Shown here: piece after piece, positions 32,505 through 43,513 of the stretch
Layout: the number at the start of each line of letters is the position of its first letter
Position numbering within the stretch: the first letter of the stretch is position 1
Origin: Mayamaea pseudoterrestris
Lineage: Eukaryota
Direction of reading: 5' to 3'
DNA length: 64,000 nucleotides
NCBI GenBank assembly: GCA_027923505.1
Contig: BROI01000012.1
Coordinates: forward strand, 682,001-746,000
Made by a program: the position numbers and the translations under genes
The notes under the pieces: model-generated
The model's database searches: none
What the model was told of the DNA's origin: nothing
What the model saw: the letters and a program-made list of their open reading frames with translations, nothing else

Positions 32505-34217
32505 TTAGCCGCCATGCACTTGTACGTAGATATTGCTGGAAACTCCAGCAAAAGCCGCAACGAAACCAAACAGTACGAAGACAGCACTGTAGCAAAAATC
32601 CCTTCGCGACGGATGCGCTGGCTCGTCAGTCTCATCCACCCCATCAAGGTAGGCTGATCCGTCCAGAGACTTGGATCGATCAGTGTCGTCAATTCCCATG
32701 TCCGCAAAGAACTGTTTAGTGCCCTGGGATCCTCGACTTGCCAATGCAACCCATACTGGCATGAGTGCTGGATACCACCACCATGGTCTTTGCGAAAAAT
32801 CGGATGGATGAAGCGTCTCTGACAATGCCAACATTTTGGCTGATGAATCGCCGACTACGGGAAGTTCAATTTCACTCACATCGTCTTGTCGAAGACTGCT
32901 ACGAAAGCCATTCCGTCGCAAGTAATCGCCCGTCCAATGCAGAAAGGTTTCTCCGTTCAATCCAAAATAGACCATGCCTGGAGCAACATATGCGATTCCC
33001 GACGCGCCGAGTGAGCCTGTCAAAGAAAGGACAGGGCCAAGATCGTCAAAAATCAGGGCAGGCACCAGCGTCATGAGGTAGAGATAAAATGTCCAACGCT
33101 CTCGCCGTCCTAAAAAGCCAAACAATTTTGTCTCGGGCACGAGTTCGCCATCGACATTTTCCTCTAAATTATCGAGACTGCCGTTAAAAAGCATGACAGC
33201 AAGCACATGTCGTGCAACAAAGGCTTCCATGGGGTAGGTGAAAAACATAGTGAGCGCGAGCAGCGCACGAGCCGCATTAACGATGCGCGACTCTGGATCA
33301 AAATTATTCAAAATGTCGCCTTGCACATTGTTCAAAAAGCCCAAGTACCCGACAATTCCAAGAAGCAGGCTCATGGCAGCCGCCAAGGTAAGTGAAACGC
33401 CAGTCACTCGAGCCCATCGCTTGGACGTGTGATTCACCAACGTGTTGCTAATCAAAAAGGCCGAGTGCTGGCACGCCATGGCCGTCGACAAGACCCCGAG
33501 TCCAATGAATAATCGACTAGACACCCAATTGTCCTTCAGCACGGCTCCAAAACCTCCGGCATCAGCTACCGACTCTCGGACGGGTGCAAACATTGCAATA
33601 ATGATTACCAACACACCATCGGCCGCCACACTGAGCATGCTTGTCATGGCCAGCTGCGAAATATCGCGTAACATACTCAAGGGCAGCATGACGAGAAAGC
33701 TTGTCAGAAGCATGACACCTTCTCGCTCCCACAGTGAATCCTTGAGACCCAAGACAGTCGGTATTGTATCTTTTACAATGAGCAAGTACGCCACCATTGC
33801 ACCATACGCAAGAATCAACATGGACCCCAAAATGAACAATCTACCAGCTCGTCCGTATGGAATGCTCATGAGATCTTCAAAGGTCAAGACGCCCATGCCC
33901 CTGAGTTTCGGATGAAAGGTTGCTTGATCAATGATTAGTCGAAGCGACTTGTCTGTGAAAATGGACACAGTCACCAGCAACAAGACTCCAACGACGAAAC
34001 CACTTTCTCGAATGGCATATGGAATTCCAACGATTCCAGCACCGACAATGCTATTGACCAAGTTTGACACTGATCCGACGACGGATGCTTTGACTTTGGG
34101 AATATCAATCGACGAGATTTGTCGTGATGGAGGCTGTCGAGTGGAATGATCGCTGTATTCCATTGTATCGTTGACTGATTCTCCTGATTGCGTGATCCTT
34201 GCTGTTGATTGTGTCAT
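32505..34217 (-). CDS. Amino-acid transporter (AAAP/SLC38 family)
   Basis: NLVNSIVGAGIVGIPYA, about 11 hydrophobic helices, AMACQH, FTYPMEAFVARH. Confidence 0.92.
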   Translation of the reverse strand: MTQSTARITQSGESVNDTMEYSDHSTRQPPSRQISSIDIPKVKASVVGSVSNLVNSIVGAGIVGIPYAIRESGFVVGVLLLVTVSIFTDKSLRLIIDQATFHPKLRGMGVLTFEDLMSIPYGRAGRLFILGSMLILAYGAMVAYLLIVKDTIPTVLGLKDSLWEREGVMLLTSFLVMLPLSMLRDISQLAMTSMLSVAADGVLVIIIAMFAPVRESVADAGGFGAVLKDNWVSSRLFIGLGVLSTAMACQHSAFLISNTLVNHTSKRWARVTGVSLTLAAAMSLLLGIVGYLGFLNNVQGDILNNFDPESRIVNAARALLALTMFFTYPMEAFVARHVLAVMLFNGSLDNLEENVDGELVPETKLFGFLGRRERWTFYLYLMTLVPALIFDDLGPVLSLTGSLGASGIAYVAPGMVYFGLNGETFLHWTGDYLRRNGFRSSLRQDDVSEIELPVVGDSSAKMLALSETLHPSDFSQRPWWWYPALMPVWVALASRGSQGTKQFFADMGIDDTDRSKSLDGSAYLDGVDETDEPAHPSRRDFCYSAVFVLFGFVAAFAGVSSNIYVQVHGG

Positions 34218-34342
34218 TATCTATGTCATTTGCCATAATCTAGACCGGTCAAAAGGCGGAGTTGTTTTGTTCATGATCCATCGTGCCAGCATGCGGTCGG
34301 CATCGATAGACATTGGTCGTTTCCATCATCGTGGAGAAGAAA

Positions 34343-34509
34343 ACTACTCTCTGGCTCACAGTGCCAATAACTTTGAAAATCAAAGGTTTTGGCACTACAC
34401 TCTGGCTTACAGTGCCAAGAAATCAAAGTTTTTGGCATTACTCTCTGGTTCATAGTGCCAATAACTTTGAAATATTTCAAAGTTATTGGACTACTCTCTG
34501 GCCTATAGT
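34343..34509. repeat. Four copies of a ~23-bp direct repeat separated by AT-rich inverted repeats
   Basis: Repeat like ACTACTCTCTGGCTCACAGTGCC at 34343, 34394, 34437 and 34490 (last copy truncated). Perfect 32-bp palindrome CCAATAACTTTGAAATATTTCAAAGTTATTGG at 34458-34489. Confidence 0.9.
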
Positions 34510-34712
34510 CAAGGTAGGTGCTATCGCATCGGTTATGAAAGGGCCACCTGCGATTACGCGCGACACGCGGCATCGTGCATGACCATGGATGATTCGGATC
34601 TGCTTTCAGCCCAGCTGTCACGAAAGTCCAAAGCAGACGCTTGCTTGAATAGTATAAATATCAAACAATACTAACATTCAGCGACTTTAAATAATTGATT
34701 GAGCCAGCAGTA

Positions 34713-36236
34713 ATGACGGAACCCTCAAGCGACACAGCAACAACGACGGAGAATGATGCCATGCAGCAGCAGCGGCGGCAGGCGGACGAAAAGATTCAGC
34801 GCATGCTGCAACAAGCTGGATTACAAGCCTATCCCATAGATCCTGTCTCGCTCGACGCGCTTCGTGGAATTGTACAGAAGCGTGATGACAAGGAGGAAAC
34901 GCCAGCGGCAGCTGATGCGGCGGCTCTACCAGCTGCTCCGACAGCATTTTCTTCAAGCTTGGCCGAAACGATGCAAGCGGGAGAGCAAGCTGCACGCCCG
35001 ACGGCAGCCACCATGGATCGTACACCTCCTCCGGCAATGGCTGCGGATGCTCGCAATGCTTGTAGCCCATGGCCGGATCTTTACGTCGATGAGCTGGCGG
35101 ATCATCGATCCCTGGATCGCTATGCGCACAAGACGCGATGGCCGCGTCGCGAGTCAGAAGCGAGCAAGAATGCCCCAATCTTCCTTGAGTCTACTATGGA
35201 TGATCCAAACGCTCCATTTGAGGATCGCGTCTTGCAGCAGCTGCATCAGCAGACGCTAATGCTTCATCGTCTTCAAAAGCAGGTTGATGAGCTGCGCGAG
35301 CAAGTCCGCGATATTCCGCATCAGCAGACGCAACAAGCACTGACGCAGCAGTTTCAACCACAAGGACCGCCAGTGGTTAGAACAAGCGAGCGAATCCTTC
35401 GTCCCGTGGAACCGTTGCAGCCCATGAATGTCGCAGGCGCAGCAGCTGTTCCTCGTCCGCCAGCAATGCATCTATTTTCGATTATTATCAAGCGCGTGAA
35501 ACACTTGAACGACGTTGACGTGGCATTACGCAATGTCTACATGCCTAACTTCAACATTGGTTTGCTGGTCAAGGTGCTCTTCATTCTATGCATTATTATG
35601 GCGCGCATGGGCGCGAGTTCAAACAAGCGAGAAACGCCAGAGGAAGCAACCATTCGTGCGTTTCGAATGATTGCAACCATTGCTGCTGTCGTGGCTGGCT
35701 TTTTGGTACATTCTGGTGCTGCCAAAGTGTTTTATGTTTTCTTCAAGGAGAACTACTTGGTACGAATCTTGTGGGAGGGAGTAGAGTTTGACATTGCCGA
35801 ATTGGTCCGACGAGCGCAGGAAGAGCAGCACCATCGACTGCATAATCCTGGCCAGCCATTGCCGCCTCCTTTGGCGGCTGCTGGCGATCCTCCGGCTGCG
35901 CCGATATTCCAGCAGCAACCACCGGCGGCTGGTTGGCAGGCTGGTATACTGGCCGGACGGCTGCCTCGACCGCAAGACGCTGGAGCCTTGGCGCCCTTGC
36001 TGGAGATTATCATTTTCTTTGCCACGTTCTTTCTGAGCATTTTTCCGCAGTGGCAGCCGGATGCTTTGGAACCGATTGTTGATGATCTTGACGACGACGA
36101 CAGTGACGATGATGATGACGATCTTGGTAATGAAAATGAATTCTTTGACAACCTCGGGCGACCCCGCGGTGAGCAGGCGCCCAACGCTCGACCACCTCGA
36201 GATGCGTTTGAACCTTTAGACGACGGGGACTACTAA
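34713..36236 (+). CDS. Uncharacterised membrane protein, weak resemblance to the HERP-type ER membrane region
   Basis: Q/A/P-rich N-terminus, coiled coil, two TM helices ending FLVHSG, C-terminal IFFATFFLSIFPQWQP and an acidic tail. Confidence 0.65.
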   Translation: MTEPSSDTATTTENDAMQQQRRQADEKIQRMLQQAGLQAYPIDPVSLDALRGIVQKRDDKEETPAAADAAALPAAPTAFSSSLAETMQAGEQAARPTAATMDRTPPPAMAADARNACSPWPDLYVDELADHRSLDRYAHKTRWPRRESEASKNAPIFLESTMDDPNAPFEDRVLQQLHQQTLMLHRLQKQVDELREQVRDIPHQQTQQALTQQFQPQGPPVVRTSERILRPVEPLQPMNVAGAAAVPRPPAMHLFSIIIKRVKHLNDVDVALRNVYMPNFNIGLLVKVLFILCIIMARMGASSNKRETPEEATIRAFRMIATIAAVVAGFLVHSGAAKVFYVFFKENYLVRILWEGVEFDIAELVRRAQEEQHHRLHNPGQPLPPPLAAAGDPPAAPIFQQQPPAAGWQAGILAGRLPRPQDAGALAPLLEIIIFFATFFLSIFPQWQPDALEPIVDDLDDDDSDDDDDDLGNENEFFDNLGRPRGEQAPNARPPRDAFEPLDDGDY

Positions 36237-36380
36237 GAGACTTGTAGCGAAGGTACATGAAAAACGTGCTTAAAAGTATAACCACGTGTCGGGCATTACC
36301 GCTTGCCGTGCGCAATACAGCAGCGCGATCGCTTCCATTTGCATATACAATTTTACAAAGAAACTAAACATGCCTTTCAA

Positions 36381-37505
36381 CTATACACCTTTTAGTTTTA
36401 CATGTACTAATAAATCGCCGCATCGACGGCCATTGGACTTGCGAATAGGCCAGCCTTCGCCGCGTATTCGTATCACGTCCCCTTGATGAGATGTAGGGGG
36501 AATTGTCACCTCCAAATCATCCTCGCGTCGTCCCAATCGTTTCATGCGAACGACGCAACCCGTTTGGGCGTCACGCGGTGTCAAGTAGCAGTCAGTGTGC
36601 AAATCGTTTCCCCAAAGTTTGTAGTGAGCATGATGCTCTGCTTGGAGAATAAGAACAATGTCGGCCATTGAATTCTGCGAAAAGGTCAGCTTGGTTCCGG
36701 GCTTGTAGCCAGCTTGAATCGGCACACGCAGGTTTGTCATGGATGGCGCTAGTGGCAACTGAGCGACAAAAAGTCCTGCCCAAATAACGACTGTCACTGG
36801 CTTGCCAAAGAATCGCAAAAAGGCGAGAGCGTAGAGAAAGGACGAATACAGAACGGGGTAGGCAATGCCTCCCCGAAAAGCAGCAACGACTCGTCGCCAT
36901 GGATTGACTCGCATGGAATGATTCAGTGAAGAATGCCCTTCGTATAAGGTAGAAAGTGGAACAGTATATGTTTCTTGATAAATGGATTTACCAAATGACG
37001 AAAATTGTGGGAATATGGAGGAATGCTGCGGATTGCTGGAAAAGACTCGTCCAAATGGACTCTGCTTATCACCTTGGTACGCATTGCGTTGAAAGTCTCT
37101 TAATATATCAGCATACGCAGCGTTAAATGAAGATTGACCAGTGTCGAAGCTGCTAGAACCGGCTGCTTGTGCGTAATTCCCAAACACGCTCTGCATGGAG
37201 CTTGTCGCTTCAAATTGTCGTCGATTCTCGGCCGTGTTGATCTGAGCGTAGGCGGCTTGAATCTTTTTGAAGGTTTCTTCGAGTCGTTTCTTTTCCTTTT
37301 GACTCTTGCTGACTTGCTTGTCAGGATGATATCGTAGACAAAGCTTGTGATATCGCTTGCGAATGATGCTGTCGGAATCGTTTCGACTTGCTCCAAGAAT
37401 GGTGTATGGATCAGAGGCGGTTGCGGGTTGCACAAGATCAACTAGCCAAAGTGAAACGACAATCGCGAATATCAGACACTGATAGAGCCCTCTGCGTCTT
37501 CGCAT
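36381..37505 (-). CDS. Type II DnaJ/Hsp40 with signal peptide
   Basis: DPYTILG...RYHPDK J-domain; C-terminal GNDLH...RIRGEGWP...GDLLV substrate-binding domain. Confidence 0.9.
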   Translation of the reverse strand: MRRRRGLYQCLIFAIVVSLWLVDLVQPATASDPYTILGASRNDSDSIIRKRYHKLCLRYHPDKQVSKSQKEKKRLEETFKKIQAAYAQINTAENRRQFEATSSMQSVFGNYAQAAGSSSFDTGQSSFNAAYADILRDFQRNAYQGDKQSPFGRVFSSNPQHSSIFPQFSSFGKSIYQETYTVPLSTLYEGHSSLNHSMRVNPWRRVVAAFRGGIAYPVLYSSFLYALAFLRFFGKPVTVVIWAGLFVAQLPLAPSMTNLRVPIQAGYKPGTKLTFSQNSMADIVLILQAEHHAHYKLWGNDLHTDCYLTPRDAQTGCVVRMKRLGRREDDLEVTIPPTSHQGDVIRIRGEGWPIRKSNGRRCGDLLVHVKLKGV

Positions 37506-38457
37506 ATTACAATGTGGTTATAGAACCTGCTTGCACTTTTGTTGATTGTCATCATCGATCATGGTGAATCGTCGTCCACGGAGGTGCGACGTGCGACATC
37601 GATGTTGATAAAGGCGCAGCGGTACCCAGAACTTGACTGTAAACTCGCACTGCATTGTGTTGCGAAAGTCGTGTTTGAATTGAGTTCAAACTACTTGATA
37701 TGTACCGTATGTCCTCAGACAATAAATTGGAAGGCAGAGCTTCTTTAAAGTTCAGTCGCATTGCGCCGGCGCTTCCTCTGCCATGCCAGCATGCGGTTGA
37801 AGTCTGAAAACAAGGTATTTGGCTTGCTGGTTTTCTCGTACGAATTGGATCATAAGTATGACATAGCTGATACATGATTGTCTGCCATCTGTCGCCATAT
37901 CAACAAACCATCTTCATTTAAATCGGCATCCGAGTCAATTATTTTCTCAGCAGAGGTCGTACACATTAGACTATCCAACATTGTGAAAGCTCGTACGATC
38001 GAAATAGCCAATGTATTCCGATTCCACAATTCGGAATTTCGACTCGAATGAGCGAACTAAAAAGTACACGTCATTCAATGACGAACGAGAAAAGAACCTT
38101 AGAGGGGACACGTCATTAGGTGTCGGCTGCTTTTCACGTCCTTGAGTGTATCAATCCTTTTGCGACGAGCTGCTTGCTCGCTTAGTTGTGCTTCAAACAC
38201 CAACACCGTTCAATACCTGACTGGTAGACGTGTCTCTTCAACGCCGAGAAAACGAAAGCATTGAGGGCGACGCATCTCACATTTAAGCGCAAAGCTGAGA
38301 GCTGACACGCGCCGCGTCGTGCGTCGTCATCGAAGTCAATCGGCTCTTCTGTACCATATCAACTCGTCAGCGACGGTGCAATTGTTTGGGTGATAGACTC
38401 CGTTGCCTGAAAACAAACAAATAGAACCTTGGCCGTGTCTTTTTGGACGTCATTCCA

Positions 38458-39776
38458 ATGGATCGAGACGATGGCAAACTGGATCCTATAACAGGTTTCT
38501 TGGAAGACAATGTCGCGTCCACTGGACTAGCCAGTGACGAATATGCATACAATGGTCTCACAGCCGAATGGCATTTGGAAATGGGAGCAGTCACGGGCCA
38601 AGTGGTGTCTGAAGGAATTGCGAGTGGCGCAACGTCCAAGCCGAACAGCGGAAACGTCAGCGATGCCGCAATCAGGCCTTCGGCAGATATACTCGTCATG
38701 GGCTACCACACCATTTATGACCTGAATAACACGGATTTGCCAGCATACGTGAGAGAGCATGGCGCAACACTAACGTTTCCAGAAAAGGTGAGCATCGGTA
38801 CGGTGGCAATGTCTCCCTCGTTTAAAATTACTCACTTCCTGTGCTCTCGCATTCGCAGCTCATGCTGATGCTTATGCATGTCGACCGATCGGATGCGAAA
38901 TCATCCAGAAAAGCACGCGACTCTCCGCTCGCCTGGACCGACGACGGAATGGCATTCGTTATTCGCGACCAATCCGCTCTTTGTAGTGATTGGTTACCAG
39001 TATTTTTTCAACAAGCCAAGTTCAGCTCATTTACTCGCAAGCTCTATCGCTGGGGATTTCGGCAAATCAAGTACCACGACAAGCCAAAGCCGTTGCATTC
39101 GGGAGAATTGTACTTTGGCAGTGAGCACTTCCAACGAGACAATAAGTCCTTGCTGTCTAGCATGCGGAGCTTAACGGCCATCAAGAGCAAGCGACAACAG
39201 CGGAACGCGCAGGGCGGAGCTTCCGCAACAGGAACAACCATGCAGCTCTTTCCGCCGCCCATAAACGCCATGCCCTTCTTCCAACAGTCGCATAATGCTG
39301 CGATGGCGCCATCAATGGCACCAGAAGTTGCCTTCCCTCCGCCTGCGTTGCCAAGCGCCAACCAATTCGACATGACAAACCCATTCATCCAACAGGCATT
39401 CGCCCAAGCTCAGCTCCAACTAACTGGAAATGGATTTCAGTCTGACCATTACACGCCTCCGGCAGTGCAATATCAAGACGTATCGGCCTCAAACCTCTCC
39501 AACGATTACTTTCGACAGTTGGCGCCATTTAACCCTCAACCGATTAATGATCCTCCCCAATACCCCTTCTCTGCTCCGTCTCAACAGCAAGCTCTTCCGC
39601 AAATGCCATTGCCGCAACAAATGTATGATCCAGTGTTGCAACAAGAGCCTCAAATGATTGGTGATCCGAATCTGGAATTCCAGCAGCAGCAACTTCTGCG
39701 AGCACTGCAACAAATGCTCGAGCAGTCGCAGCCATCAGACCCAGGACAGCATTTACCCCCAGATGCGCCAAGGTGA
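38458..39776 (+). CDS. HSF-type transcription factor. Exons 38458-38787, 38859-39776
   Basis: TFPEK|LMLML across intron 38788-38858; LAWTDDGMAFVI, FSSFTRKLYRWGFRQ, HFQRD; Q/P-rich C-terminus. Confidence 0.92.
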
Positions 39777-40177
39777 TTCCTTTTATTGTAATCGATTGTA
39801 TAAATAAGTGATGCTACTTGCTTTCTCTCCTCCGCTGCGTCGTGCGTGTCACAATATATCGCGGCGAAAATGGCGCTTCCATAGCGCAAAGTTTTTCAGC
39901 ACCTCAAGGCTGTGCAATGCACGGCCGCGAGACTTATTAAGTTTCCTACTTGTACTAAGACTGAAATGTGCAGCAGTACTGCCGCATTTTCGTCAGGTCA
40001 AAACATAAGTAATGGCCATGATGTGCATCAGATCAAGCCTTCTGTCAGATGATCTTTCGATGTCGTGTTCTCGATTGCTCGTGTCGGAGCGGTTTTGAAT
40101 TATGCCGACTTCTTTCTTCCGCTTTGTGCAGTCTCCCACCTCACATAAACGACTTGCTTGCCTTCCACTTATCCACA

Positions 40178-40964
40178 ATGACAGGCACTGAACGAACAAG
40201 TGCACAGACGTTTTGGGATGCGGCGGTTGACATCATTTCAGTCACTGAGAAGCATCCATTTCTTGTTGCCATGGTCGACGGAACATTGCCAATGGAGAAT
40301 TTTAAATACTACGTGATACAAGACGCCTTGTATCTGGCTGACTTTGCAGCCAGCTTACGTCTCCTATCGGAGAATAAGGGCGTGTCAGTAGCTGATTCGG
40401 ATCGCCTGCAGCAGTTTGCCCAAGGCGCCGAGGACGCAGAATTGGCCTTGCACAAGAGTTTCTTCAGGGAGTGGGGAATTGCCACCGATGGAGTCGAGCA
40501 AATGCCCAACTGCCTCCTTTACACTTCATACATGATGCGAGTTATTGCCACTCGACCTCATGCCGAGGGATTGGCGGTTTTGTTGCCTTGCTTCTGGGTA
40601 TACATGCATGTGGGTCAAGCCATGCTGAAACTGAGAGCAGATCTTGGCGACTCGTAAGTTGGACATGCGCGATATGTCACTGCATAAATAGCGTCTTATG
40701 CAATGTGCGCTACTTTTCTCCAGAGTGACGCGACCTGCCGTGTTTGATGCCTGGATTGACATGTATGGAGGCGAAGATTTTGCGAAAGAAGTCCTCGAGT
40801 ACATTGCCATGGTGAATGCTGCTTGCACCGATCCTTCCGCCGACGTTTTAAAGATGAAGGAACATTTCATCATGTGCTGCAAGTTGGAACACATGTTTTG
40901 GGATCAAGCTGGGTCACTCATGCAGTGGCCTAAGTTCCTTGCCACGGAGGAAACGGATAGCTAA
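40178..40964 (+). CDS. tenA: TenA/thiaminase II (aminopyrimidine aminohydrolase). Exons 40178-40653, 40724-40964
   Basis: HPFLVAMVDGTL, YVIQDALYL, YTSYM, catalytic LLPCFWVY, WIDMYG, LEHMFWD. Intron 40654-40723. Confidence 0.93.
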
Positions 40965-41262
40965 ATTTACTATCAATTAAGGATCAAGTTAACAAGCTGG
41001 ATTCATTTTAGTCCCTGATGATGACGCGTCACCTTGAAATTGAATCTGCGACCAAGATCCACGTCGCTGACCATCGGTTTTGTCGTCGCGCAATGGCAGC
41101 CATCACTCGCATTCGACAGCGCAGACCGTTGATGGAACGACAGCACGACTTGATCAGCGAACAACTGGCAAGACACATCGCTCTCTGCACATCTCTCTGA
41201 CACATATGCACAGCTGCAAGAGGCAACGAAACGCATTTCCAAGCATTCCATTGAATCTCACC

Positions 41263-42115
41263 ATGGCCGGCGCTGTCGCACCCTTGCATAGACGCACGCC
41301 CTGCACGTTTCGATCGGCGAACCATTGGATTCACACAATCATGATTTGTTTCGCCTCGTTTACTCTTATGGCTGTGCATTCGGAAGCATTTACAATTTCC
41401 ATGGACTATCAACCTCCTGTCAAATCTTCCGTCAGCAAAATGTACGATCGTCGCATGTCTCGCACCTCTACAATGGAATCTTCCGCTTCATCGACGAGCA
41501 ATCCAAACAGCCGGTCGTCATCGCGCAAGGAGGCATTTGCAGGAGCCTATGCTCCAGAAAATGTGTCATTGCCTTCCTCGACAAGCTCGTTTGAGCGACG
41601 CATGCGCGAAATGGCACTGGGCACGCAGAACAAGATTCTTCGCAAGAAGCAAACGGAGGAACAACACCGACCCGCAAACGTGTACATTGTCGAGTCGTTG
41701 GAGGACTACCGACGAGTGGTAGGCGAAGAAAAGGATAGGGTTGTGGCAGTTCGCTTTCATGCATCATGGTGCAGAGTAAGTCATTGTTTAGTCTGATAGA
41801 TTCGTGGCAACTTCCACGGCAGATTCAATAGCTCACCATTCGAGTATCTTTGTCATGCGATAATAGGCTTGCAAGGCTGTCACTCCCTACTTTTATCGCT
41901 TGGCAGCGCTGCACAAGGATATTGTCTTTGTCGACGTGCCGGTAACACAGGACAATGCCGTTATTCACCAAGGACTTGGCGTGCCTAGCCTTCCATTTGG
42001 ACATATCTACCATCCACAAGCTGGTCTGGTGGAGGAACTAAAGCTGACGCGCAAGGATATACAAGAATTTGAAGATGCCTTGATCAGGACCAACAAGGCT
42101 GTCTTCTCGCAATAG
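41263..42115 (+). CDS. Plastid thioredoxin-like protein with WCRAC active site. Exons 41263-41775, 41867-42115
   Basis: VVAVRFHASWCR|ACKAV formed across intron 41776-41866; LGVPSLPF cis-Pro region; signal peptide SEA-F. Confidence 0.88.
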
Positions 42116-42463
42116 ACGAGTCTATACTTGCCTTTTTTCTCATAGACAAGCTCCGGGACACTTACGACTCGGAAATGGCTTACACACACCCTTTCTTAAT
42201 AACATAATCGACTTAGACTTATAAACAATCATGCCACGCTTTTTACACGATAGCGTGAGTAGCTAACTTGGATTGTTGATCGTGCATGTCCCGCAGTTTC
42301 TTCGAGATTGGGCCTATCGACGTGCGTCACAGCGTGGATGATCCTCATCATCAAAGTTCGATCGGCCATCCCACCGCGAACACCCTGGCTAATAATACCA
42401 TCGCAACGCAGAATTAACCGTAGATTCGGCCTTGCAAAAACCCATTCATTTGCAGCAGTTACC

Positions 42464-43303
42464 ATGTCTGCTGCATCGAACAATGGAAAGAGGAGCAGCG
42501 ACTTCGGCTCAAACGTTCACATATCGTCGCATCCAGTGCTGAGCCACAAGATTAGTATTCTCCGCGATAGCTCGACGCCACCAGCCACCTTCCGGGCACT
42601 CATGCGCGAAATTACCTACCATCTTGGCTTTGAAGCCACAAGTACATTGACGACGGAAGTTATCAAGATTCATGTGGACGTTCCCAAGCAAGGCGAGCCA
42701 GACGAATGTGAAGGATTCAAGATTTGCGAACGCACGGCCATGATTCCCATTCTGCGATCCGGTCTTGGCATGGTGGACAGCATGTTGGAACTCTTACCAA
42801 ATGCGGCAATTCATCATATTGGCATGTACAAGGTGATTGGTCACAAGCCGGTGCAGTACTTTAATCGCCTTCCGAAGAAGTGTGAAGTCGATGTGGCATA
42901 CGTTTTAGATCCGGTAATTTCGACGTCGGATACCATCAACAGTGTTGTCAGTATACTCAAGCGGGTAAGTACAATGCTAGAGAGTGAACTAATATTGACT
43001 GTAATGATGATGAAGATTGCTTACACTGGACCCTCTGCAAACTTTGACAAACAGTGGGGCGTTCCAAAGATTCACGTTATTTCTGTCATTGGCAGTCATG
43101 TGGGAATTGAGCAACTCATCAAAATGTATCCAGATATTTCAGTGACGGTCGGCGTAGTGGATCATCAAGTATCGGAAGCTGGCTTTGTCTTGCCTGGGCT
43201 TGGGGATTCGGGTGATCGATTGTTTGGCACGCATGTTCCATTGCAGGATGATGAGGATGAGAACGCAATGTCAAAGCGCAAGCGAACTCTTTCTGAAAAC
43301 TAA
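42464..43303 (+). CDS. upp: Uracil phosphoribosyltransferase. Exons 42464-42964, 43055-43303
   Basis: HPVLSHKISILRD, IPILRSGLGM, LDPVISTSDT, VLPGLGDSGDRLFGT. 90-nt intron GTAAGT...ACAG at 42965-43054. Confidence 0.9.
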   Translation: MSAASNNGKRSSDFGSNVHISSHPVLSHKISILRDSSTPPATFRALMREITYHLGFEATSTLTTEVIKIHVDVPKQGEPDECEGFKICERTAMIPILRSGLGMVDSMLELLPNAAIHHIGMYKVIGHKPVQYFNRLPKKCEVDVAYVLDPVISTSDTINSVVSILKRVSTMLESELILTVMMMKIAYTGPSANFDKQWGVPKIHVISVIGSHVGIEQLIKMYPDISVTVGVVDHQVSEAGFVLPGLGDSGDRLFGTHVPLQDDEDENAMSKRKRTLSEN

Positions 43304-43513
43304 AAGGTGCTATACCTATATCTTTACATAAAGGAGTCACAAGTAGCCATGCTCCTTTTTCTATCTACCGGTAGCGCAAGAACAGCAGCGCTAGCTCACC
43401 AGCACGAGGTCGTAGCGGTATCAACCAATACCAGATCGACGCGCCGACATTCTCCATCCGTTTTCTTCGTTCCAATTCCCATCATCACAGGCAGCAACTA
43501 GTGTCCCAAAACC

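Noticed and set aside
34343..34509. Mini-CRISPR
   Set aside because: The spacers are homologous to one another and palindromic; no cas genes.
40965..41260. TPP riboswitch in the 3' region of TenA
   Set aside because: No CTGAGA/P4-P5 aptamer signature visible.
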